Source: an uncultured Gemmatimonadota bacterium (lineage in GTDB: Bacteria; SM23-81; DAOVCL01). From it: a stretch of DNA of 54,482 bases. Both the position numbers and the translations under genes were made by a program. A model generated the notes under the pieces. It saw only the letters and a list, made by a program, of their open reading frames with translations, did not search any database and had not been told where the DNA came from. Shown piece by piece: positions 47,443 through 54,482 of this stretch. The stretch lies in NCBI GenBank assembly GCA_964626665.1, contig CAZVGK010000024.1, forward strand, positions 1 through 54,482. The letters are read 5' to 3'. Each line of letters starts with the position of its first letter. Position 1 is the first letter of the stretch.

Positions 47443-48030
47443 TTATAGCTCGTGAAACCTTGCCAGATGTCTCCGGACGGTCCGAGGAAATGCCTGAGAG
47501 AAAGAGCGGAGTTTAGAGAGATCCAAATTTTCCCAATTCCATTCATTCAAGGTTGGTTTCAACCCATTTTGCCTCTGGAGGTAGACAAAGTCTAAGGCGG
47601 CCTTCTCCGGCCAGGCCAGGGGGAACCCATCTTTGTCCCGGTAGCCGAAAAAAAGCTCTGATTTTAAGTGAGAGTAGATGATTTCACCAAGGCCGGTATG
47701 GAAGGTTTTAGTCTTGTTCAGCGTAACACAGGTCACCAGATAAGGGATCTGCTCTGAGACCCCATATAGAGAGAGGGCCGATTCCAAGGAGATATAAGAG
47801 GGTGGGTAAAGAATACTGGCCACCTTTTCCAAGCTGGGCGGAATAAAAGTATTAGCATAAATTCCATTCGTCAATTTGAGGAGAATCCCCTTCCCTTTAA
47901 GACGGTGGAGGGCACGATGTAGAGAAGAGGCGGAGAGCTGAGAGATTCTTAGTAGCTCAGAGAAGCTGTAGGTGGACTTTCCTTGCCGGAGGAGATCTAC
48001 CCACCTGACTTGTGTCCAAACCTCTTTCAT
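47443..48030 (-). CDS. AbiEi-like type IV antitoxin/transcriptional regulator
   Basis: N-terminal wHTH, PSYISLESALSLYG, AWPEKAALD. Confidence 0.88.
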   Translation of the reverse strand: MKEVWTQVRWVDLLRQGKSTYSFSELLRISQLSASSLHRALHRLKGKGILLKLTNGIYANTFIPPSLEKVASILYPPSYISLESALSLYGVSEQIPYLVTCVTLNKTKTFHTGLGEIIYSHLKSELFFGYRDKDGFPLAWPEKAALDFVYLQRQNGLKPTLNEWNWENLDLSKLRSFSQAFPRTVRRHLARFHEL

Positions 48031-48872
48031 TACCCCTCCTCCTGCGATGAGAGGGCATTGATTGCCTGTATCATAACCCGCATTGCCGCTTGCCTAATAG
48101 CATCATAGCCCTTTCCCTTTAAGAGGCGGCGATACTTTTTGGGAAGGTATCTTTGCATCTCAGCGGTCAGGGGCTCAGTTCCGTAAGCAGTTAACTTTCG
48201 TTTCCACCTGGAATGCGATCCAACTACCTGATAATCGCGGAACTTCTTCTCCACCAAAGGTAATTCTACTGGGGTGTCCAGAACCTCCGAAAGGTACCAC
48301 AGGTCAAAGAGATCTCGCCCCTTGATGTAGGGACGCCCGGCTACAGCAGCAACCTTCTCAGCCAAGAGTTCCTTCGCTGAGAGGCCATTTATCAGAGGAT
48401 GCCGCCCCAGCAAGTCCAGATCGGAACGCACCGCCAATGCCTGGGATTCATAAGTTGGATAGTGGGCAAACTCCATCTTTACTCGGAAAATTTGCTGCTG
48501 ACCTTTGGGTTGGAAGCGAAACCAAAATGCACAAATCTTACCTTTGGTTGTATCAGGCGGAATCCGCCAGTCACCCCGCCCCTGACCCAACAATTGGATG
48601 GTGATCTTCTCAATGCGTGATTTTGAACGGGCCACTAACCGTTCTGCCAGAGAGCGGTCAAGCTCTTTGCCTGCGAAGTCCAAATCCTCTGAATAGCGAT
48701 ATCCTCCATAGAGCAGATGAATGCCAGTGCCCCCTTGTAAGGACATTGCTTCGCTCTCCGGAAGGGCAAAGAGGGCATCTAAACTTGCCAGATGCAGTAC
48801 CTCAACCACAACGGTGTTGATGGGGAGTCCTTCCTTAACTGCTTTTTCCTTGAGGATTGGCCACAGCATCAT
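48030..48872 (-). CDS. AbiEii/DUF1814 nucleotidyltransferase toxin
   Basis: QGGTGIHLLYGGYRYSEDLDF, LAEK..A, RDLFDL. Confidence 0.9.
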   Translation of the reverse strand: MMLWPILKEKAVKEGLPINTVVVEVLHLASLDALFALPESEAMSLQGGTGIHLLYGGYRYSEDLDFAGKELDRSLAERLVARSKSRIEKITIQLLGQGRGDWRIPPDTTKGKICAFWFRFQPKGQQQIFRVKMEFAHYPTYESQALAVRSDLDLLGRHPLINGLSAKELLAEKVAAVAGRPYIKGRDLFDLWYLSEVLDTPVELPLVEKKFRDYQVVGSHSRWKRKLTAYGTEPLTAEMQRYLPKKYRRLLKGKGYDAIRQAAMRVMIQAINALSSQEEG

Positions 48873-48884
48873 ATTTCCCTATGC

Positions 48885-48936
48885 GGACAGTTTAGTCCAT
48901 TTTCGGAAATGTAATTAAAAAAGTTGTTGAGGTCAA
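48885..48936 (-). promoter_or_regulatory. Promoter of the AbiE operon
   Basis: TTGACC-N17-TACATT; GGAC-N6-GTCC inverted repeat downstream of -10. Confidence 0.5.
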
Positions 48937-49172
48937 GCCGAAATCTTCCCCCCAGATGGAAAATAGGGACACCCCCCATTTTTTGGCAACCCAATCTGAC
49001 AAGTTTGCTGACCTCTTGGACCTTAGAATCTGAAAGGGGATAGATTTGGGGTAAGGATCTTTTCGTCCCCTTCTGGTTCAGGAGGGCCTGCACTAAGGTG
49101 CGGTAGCATCGCGGGAGGCGGTTTGGCCATCAGATGGGATACCGGAGGGCTGGCGAACCTCAATTTTCCATC

Positions 49173-50123
49173 CTATTTGAGCAATCCTCTGACCACGGTT
49201 TCCACCGCCTGGCTTTCGCTCAGTCCCCTGGCCATCAAGGTCTGCACCTGTTTTTTGTCCACGCTGCCGATGGCTGCTTCATGGGTAAGCTTAGCCGTGG
49301 AATTTACTACCTGCAACAGGGGCACTGCCCGGGCCTGGGCTTCATTGCCCTGGATTATCTCTAAACAGTCCACATGCCCCCGCGTATGGGGGCCATTACC
49401 AATGGCTTCACCTAAGACCTCGCTTTGTGCCCGTTCGGAGACGACTATCCTGCTCTTCACCAAGCCGCGTGACCAGGGACCGTTCAGGTAGACGGACTCC
49501 TTCACCTTGATTTTGTCTTCCCCTTTTCCATAGACCTTTGTTTCCAGATCGCAGACTGCTTTTTCCTCCAGTTCCGCCTTTAAATCCAAATCCAGGATTC
49601 CTACCCTGCCGGTCACCAATTTAAACTGGTTGTTGAAGATGCCTCGTTCCTCAATCTTCACCGCTGTTTTGGGGACAACTACTATCCCTCCCTCCGGACC
49701 GTGGAAGTGGGTCTCCGAATAGGTCAGCTCCGCCCCCTGACCTATATGCATGGTTGCCTCCATAAGATGCCTCACCTGGAGGGCATTGGGGAAGGAGCAG
49801 TGGGCCAAGAAATTTATCTTTGCCCCCTCTCCAATTTCAAATTCTGAGCTAATCTCTTGCAGTCCCTCCTGGGGGATTACGCCGAAGCAGAGGTGCACGG
49901 GAAAGGCCACCTGGGTTCCCGGCTCCACGATCACCCGGGCCCGCACACCGGTTTCCGTTTCCTCACTTTCGATCCTCACCCCAGGAATGGAGTTGGAAGC
50001 TAAGACTTTGTTTCCGCTAACCACTAAACTGGCGAAATTTTTGTCGATGAGGGCAGTGGCGTCACCGCCGCTCTGGGCATAGGCCTTGGCGATGGCCTCA
50101 AACTCCTTGCTGTAATCAAACAT
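49173..50123 (-). CDS. sufB: SufBD-family scaffold (SmsB)
   Basis: PVHLCFG, AHCSFPNA, GHVDCLEI, THEAAIGSV, LMARGL. Confidence 0.88.
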   Translation of the reverse strand: MFDYSKEFEAIAKAYAQSGGDATALIDKNFASLVVSGNKVLASNSIPGVRIESEETETGVRARVIVEPGTQVAFPVHLCFGVIPQEGLQEISSEFEIGEGAKINFLAHCSFPNALQVRHLMEATMHIGQGAELTYSETHFHGPEGGIVVVPKTAVKIEERGIFNNQFKLVTGRVGILDLDLKAELEEKAVCDLETKVYGKGEDKIKVKESVYLNGPWSRGLVKSRIVVSERAQSEVLGEAIGNGPHTRGHVDCLEIIQGNEAQARAVPLLQVVNSTAKLTHEAAIGSVDKKQVQTLMARGLSESQAVETVVRGLLK

Positions 50124-50853
50124 TTTTTATCAATTCCTCCTCTGGTTCGTTGATGTGGGAACAGGTCTCGCAGTGAATGCTAAAAAATCTGGCCATCTCC
50201 TCTGAGCTGCCGGTTCGCAGGACCTTTCCCGCACAGAGACAGGTTGCCCGATCCGCAATGCGCGCCACCCTTTCTTGATGGGTGATCAGGATAACAGAGC
50301 TTCTCTCTTTGCTGAGAATCCGGATAACCTCTATTACTTGGTTGAGAGAGGGAGCATCAATTCCGGAATCCGGCTCATCAAGGATGGCCAATTTTGGTTT
50401 CATAGCGAGCACAGAGGCCAGTTCCACCTTCTTTCTCTCTCCCCCACTGAGACTCTGGTCCACCGGGCGACTTAGGTAGAGGGAGGGGTCCAATCCCACT
50501 CTCTCCAAACAGGTGGTGGGGGAGAGGGTGCTCTTTGCGTCCCCTTGACTTAGGTGTAGGTATTCCCGCACGGTAAGCCCTTCAAAGCGGGCGGGTTCTT
50601 GCCAGGCCATAGTTATCCCTAACTTCGCCCTTTGGGAGATGGGGAAATCGGTAATATCTTTGCCCTCAAGGATGATCCGACCGGAGGTAGGGCGATAACC
50701 ATTTAGCCCCATAAGCACATAGGCCAAGGTGGACTTTCCCGTTCCATTGACCCCTAAGATGGCGTGGATCTCCCCCCGCGATATTTTGAGGTTGACCTCC
50801 TTAAGAATGGGCTCTCCATTGAGGCTTAGCGAGACATCTTCAATCTGTAACAT
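50116..50853 (-). CDS. sufC: SufC-family ABC ATPase (SmsC)
   Basis: GVNGTGKST, AWQEPARFEG, LSGGE, LDEPDSGID, C-terminal C-x20-C-x2-C. Confidence 0.9.
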   Translation of the reverse strand: MLQIEDVSLSLNGEPILKEVNLKISRGEIHAILGVNGTGKSTLAYVLMGLNGYRPTSGRIILEGKDITDFPISQRAKLGITMAWQEPARFEGLTVREYLHLSQGDAKSTLSPTTCLERVGLDPSLYLSRPVDQSLSGGERKKVELASVLAMKPKLAILDEPDSGIDAPSLNQVIEVIRILSKERSSVILITHQERVARIADRATCLCAGKVLRTGSSEEMARFFSIHCETCSHINEPEEELIKNV

Positions 50854-50949
50854 AGTTCAAACCTCCAGGTATTTCTTGCTTTTTTAGGGCCAGGAGTTGT
50901 GGTTTCACCCTCACCCGTTTGATCACGCTGGGCAGGAAACCTGGTTTGC

Positions 50950-51393
50950 TCAGGGCATAACGGTCAAATCTTCGCAAACCAAACAGGGATAGGCCCAAAC
51001 CAGCGAGGCCAAACAGATCTCCCCGAGAAGGGGAACCAGGGAATGGGGAAAGTGGGGGTAAGGGATGAAGGCGGAAAGGGTCCCTCCCCAGAGGCCAAGC
51101 AAGGGTAGGCCGAAGACCAAGGCCACAGTGAGGAGGAAATGGCGGGAGGACATCCCCAATTGGACAAGTTCGTTGGGCTGCGCACCTGTCCGATCATCCA
51201 CCCAAACCTCTAATGGCTGCAGCTCAGAGGGGAGAATCTGCAGATGGCAATGGGCACACATCATCAAACGGATGGCCCTTACCTTGACCTGGCCATCTTT
51301 TACATCGATGATTTCTATGGGATCTTCGGTGACAATCACGTCATACAATTTAGCATAATTTGAAAGGGAAGCAAGTAAGAATTGATCTGACAT
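50950..51393 (-). pseudogene. Degenerate RseC/MucC-like membrane protein
   Basis: CAHC, GAQPNELVQLG, ALVFGLPLL; C-terminus looks eroded. Confidence 0.5.
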
Positions 51394-51624
51394 TGGCCAA
51401 TCTCAGGACGTCCACCCTCTTATTGGACAGGTTTTTCGATCCTCTCCTTGGTCCACTCTTGCCTTTTTCAAGCCAAAGCTACATTTCGGGGTTCACTGTA
51501 TGAAGTCATCATCTGGGCCTCAGGGTTTTATCACTTGACTACCTTAATTTTTTCGCTATATTGGAGCGTTTGTGCCCACCCCAAATTTATACCATGTTTT
51601 GGTGATGTAAAGGAGGTGAAAAAG

Positions 51625-51984
51625 ATGGCAAAGCACGCAATCTGTCACATTGAATGGTCTTCGACGGACTTAAAGCGGACGAAGGCCTTTTTTTCCGGCA
51701 TGTTTGGCTGGAAGTTTCAGTCCTTTGGAGAGGATTATTTTTCCTTTGAGACTCCTGAGGGGCCAGGTGGAGGTATTATGAAGGTGGATAAAGTCCATCC
51801 TGGCGAGTCCCCCTATGTTTACATAGAGGTGGATGAGATCGAACCTTACCTTGAGCGCGCGAAGGAGCTTGGGGGTGGGGTTGCCGTCCCCAAGACGGAG
51901 ATCCCCACTGTTGGCTGGTTCGCCCATCTTACGGATCCAGACGGCAGCGTCGTTGGGCTTTTCCAGGGAGGTAAACACGAGTAA
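51625..51984 (+). CDS. VOC/glyoxalase family protein
   Basis: ICHIEW, FFSGMFGW, PKTEIPTVGWFA..DPDG..VGL; AAGGAGGT RBS before ATG 51625. Confidence 0.9.
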   Translation: MAKHAICHIEWSSTDLKRTKAFFSGMFGWKFQSFGEDYFSFETPEGPGGGIMKVDKVHPGESPYVYIEVDEIEPYLERAKELGGGVAVPKTEIPTVGWFAHLTDPDGSVVGLFQGGKHE

Positions 51985-52008
51985 GCTGAAGGGAAGATGC
52001 CACGCATT

Positions 52009-52080
52009 GCCTAACACCGGGGTTGCCGACTTCGCTACGCTTCCTTCAAATTGCCTTCGGCGACCCCGGAGACGTCACAC
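52009..52080 (+). other. attC-like site (degenerate)
   Basis: GCCTAAC (RYYYAAC), 13-bp arms CCGGGGTTGCCGA / TCGGCGACCCCGG, right box GTCACAC instead of GTTRRRY. Confidence 0.45.
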
Positions 52081-52284
52081 AAAATTGCCAATGATTTACT
52101 GTCAGGAGTGGAACGGATAGAAGCGATAATTTGAGTCCAACAGCCCCACACAAAAATGCCCTAATCTGCAATTAGCCGTTGGTTTTAGCTACCGAATTCA
52201 CAAAATCCCTTGACACAAAAGGATTAAAATCATATCCTCCAATTACAGGAGCTACCTATTCGGCGAGAATTGAAGGGAACTTAT

Positions 52285-52770
52285 ATGCTTAAACCCTTAA
52301 CGATAACACTTCTTCTTTTGTGTTGTATTCCAAGTATGGTGTTAGCTCAAGATAACGACTTTGGCTTAGGCATAATTCTTGGGGAGCCAACCGGGGTGAG
52401 CGCTAAACTTTGGCTGAGCAGAAGATCGGCTGTCGACGGAGCCATTGCCTGGTCGTTTGTGGACACCGATCATCTGCATTTGCATGGGGATTATCTATGG
52501 CACAATTACGAAATTATAGACATCGAAGAAGGTAAGCTTCCCATCTACTACGGAATTGGCGCTCGAATTCGTTTTGAGAACAAATCAGGGCATATAGTTC
52601 ATTCCACAAAGAATAAATCAAGATTTGGTGTGCGTGGAGTTCTTGGTATAGAGTACATCTTTGCCACCGCACCCTTCGATTTATTCTTGGAATTCGCACC
52701 AATAATGGATTTGATTCCTGGTTCTGACTTTTCGCTCAGTGCTGCCCTCGGATTTCGCTATTTCTTCTAA
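52285..52770 (+). CDS. Small outer-membrane beta-barrel protein (DUF3996-like)
   Basis: Signal peptide, FGLGIILGEPTG, amphipathic strands, C-terminal RYFF. Confidence 0.75.
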   Translation: MLKPLTITLLLLCCIPSMVLAQDNDFGLGIILGEPTGVSAKLWLSRRSAVDGAIAWSFVDTDHLHLHGDYLWHNYEIIDIEEGKLPIYYGIGARIRFENKSGHIVHSTKNKSRFGVRGVLGIEYIFATAPFDLFLEFAPIMDLIPGSDFSLSAALGFRYFF

Positions 52771-52782
52771 CAGTCACCGACC

Positions 52783-52960
52783 GGCAAGAAGGCAAAGCTG
52801 GGTGAGAAGTTTAGTGTTCACTGCTTGAGGCATTCTATTGCCACACATCTCCTTGAGGGTGGACAACACTTGGAGTATATGGCCGATCACTTAGGACATA
52901 AGAATATCCAGAGCACGGCCATCTATGCTAAGATCACTAAGAGAAGAGAGAGGAGATCTT
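52783..52960 (+). pseudogene. C-terminal relic of a tyrosine recombinase
   Basis: HCLRHSIATHLL...LGHKNIQST.IY (H-x-x-R, LGH, catalytic Y); N-terminal part absent. Confidence 0.85.
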
Positions 52961-53260
52961 TAAGAGAATGGAAACCTCTCCAGCTATTGCCGAGATTTGA
53001 AAGAAAAAATACAAGGGGAGAAAGCTGGTTTTCTGTGATGTTTGGGTTTAAGTATAGTTGTGAAAGAACACGATTTTTAGGTACTCAGGGATTCCGTTTT
53101 TCAAAAAAGAAATTAAATATTGAAAATGCAAATTATTTTCTATCTCATTGCAAAATTGCGATATTTCCTATCTTTAAGCATTTTCAATGTTTATTTTGAA
53201 GACCCAAAAGTGGAATCCCTGGTACTCAAATATAATTGGTCGCCATAGGTTTTAGAATCA

Positions 53261-54091
53261 GTGAAACGTTACCGCGTTACAAAGTTTGAATTTGATACAA
53301 GAGCCAATGTCCTGGGGATTAAAATCCGCGATGACTGGAAGGAGCAAGTTAAGGAGCACTGGCGCTTCACCAAGCGGAATATCAGGCAGTCAATTCTCCA
53401 GGAGTTTGGCGTCGTTACGGCTGAACAAAAGCTCCGTAATTTCGTAGACCTCGGTGTTGTTCCCTTTTCGGTAGTAGCATTTCACAACAAGTTTTTTCCG
53501 CAAGTTCGATCCTCTTTCATTGTCGGCTCGTACTATCCCGCACTCACTGGGGTATGCGCTTTAGGCGAGAGGATTCTCAATCACCTTATTATACGACTTC
53601 GAGAATATTACCGCAACACCAAAGAATACAAGAAGGTATATCGCAAAGATTCGTTCGTCAATTGGGAACTCGCTATTGACACGCTCGAATCTTGGGATGT
53701 TTTACTGCCGGAGGTCATCTGCCTATATCGTAAGCTCAAAGAGTTGCGCAATAAAGCTATTCATTTCAATCCTGAGACAGAGCAGAATGACAGAGAATTA
53801 GCACTCGAAGCCATACGCATCCTCTCAAAGATTATTGCCAAGCAATTCAGCTCTTTCGGTGGACAGCCCTGGTTCATTCCAGACACCAGGGAGATTGGTT
53901 TCATTAAGAAAGAGTTCGAGAGCAACCCTTTTATAAAAGAAGTTTACCTTCCTAACTCAACGTTGTTAGGTCCCCTACACAAGACTCGGTATGATGGCAG
54001 TCGTGTTGTCTACGAAGACATCGAATATGGAGGCGAAGAAATTACTGATAGTGAATTTGCCAAGATGTTTCGTGCGGGACATGGGAGCTAG
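53261..54091 (+). CDS. Hypothetical protein with HEPN-type R-x4-H motif
   Basis: ALGERIL helix and LRNKAIHF (53747-53764); AT-richer codon usage. Confidence 0.65.
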   Translation: MKRYRVTKFEFDTRANVLGIKIRDDWKEQVKEHWRFTKRNIRQSILQEFGVVTAEQKLRNFVDLGVVPFSVVAFHNKFFPQVRSSFIVGSYYPALTGVCALGERILNHLIIRLREYYRNTKEYKKVYRKDSFVNWELAIDTLESWDVLLPEVICLYRKLKELRNKAIHFNPETEQNDRELALEAIRILSKIIAKQFSSFGGQPWFIPDTREIGFIKKEFESNPFIKEVYLPNSTLLGPLHKTRYDGSRVVYEDIEYGGEEITDSEFAKMFRAGHGS

Positions 54092-54173
54092 CAAACGCAT
54101 ATAGCGGACCGCACGAACTGCAGCAGTTGAGAGAAGAAATCTCTCAAGTGGAACATTATAAAGGGAGGTCTAG

Positions 54174-54473
54174 ATGAAAACGAATTTTCTGGTCTTAGGA
54201 ACTGTTACTCTATTTCTATTATCTTGTGCGGGTTCAATGCAGGTTAGAAAGGAGCAATCAACCTTCTATCAGGATCACTCTTTTGATGAAGTGTGGAATG
54301 CTTCTATTAAAGCAATAAGAGACATAGGATTTACAATCAAAAACATGGAAAAAGAAAGTGGCTTTATTTATGCTGAAGGGGGGAGAAACGTTTGGACCCA
54401 AAATGAACCTCCACAGTTAAACGTTACTATTACATTAGTATCGGCTATTACCAGAATGAAGGGAATTAAGTGA
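54174..54473 (+). CDS. Putative lipoprotein
   Basis: GGAGG RBS; lipobox LLSC; VWNASIKAI..GF.I...KESG.I. Confidence 0.7.
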   Translation: MKTNFLVLGTVTLFLLSCAGSMQVRKEQSTFYQDHSFDEVWNASIKAIRDIGFTIKNMEKESGFIYAEGGRNVWTQNEPPQLNVTITLVSAITRMKGIK

Positions 54474-54482
54474 TACCTAGTT

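Noticed and set aside
52135-52184. Second attC (GTCCAAC...GTTGGTT)
   Set aside because: Core boxes present but arms do not pair convincingly
52825-53199. Functional 124-aa integrase or integron IntI
   Set aside because: Only the last catalytic motifs are present, the tail runs into low-complexity AT-rich DNA, and the box II sequence is not IntI-like
1-54482. CRISPR array, tRNA or rRNA genes
   Set aside because: No regularly spaced direct repeats with unique spacers, no cloverleaf/T-loop signature and no rRNA-like tract were seen by eye

Overview
Bacterial chromosomal window, probably from a diderm (Mla system, OM beta-barrel protein, lipoprotein) and probably an anaerobe (SufCB-only minimal Fe-S system); the taxon cannot be fixed from sequence alone. 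5.2-23.4 kb is a conserved, G-rich housekeeping block: rpmA, elbB, HU, thrS-infC-rpmI-rplT-pheS-pheT-(zapB-like)-zapA-rny-ymdB-folD-xseA-xseB-ispA-dxs-glcD-like. At 23.4-28.4 kb a visibly more AT-rich island is translationally coupled to glcD. It holds a JAB-less RadC N-terminal gene, a Type IIG restriction-modification gene broken by one in-frame TAG at a conserved Trp position, a relic of a second Type IIG C-terminus and RAYT/REP debris. The rest is transport (PutP with an unannotated 35-aa partner, heterodimeric ABC exporter, MlaEFD, ABC-2), two TA systems (DUF433/PIN; AbiE in reversed gene order), an unusual cluster (basic beta-sandwich protein, GCS2 ligase fused to a winged helix, CPYC thioredoxin), a decayed ArsR/Mrp/NifX metal-FeS cluster, SmsCB, and a cassette-like tail (attC-like hairpins, integrase relic, HEPN-motif protein). 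Intergenic DNA is densely filled with several families of dispersed MITE/REP-like repeats. No rRNA, tRNA or CRISPR array was seen.
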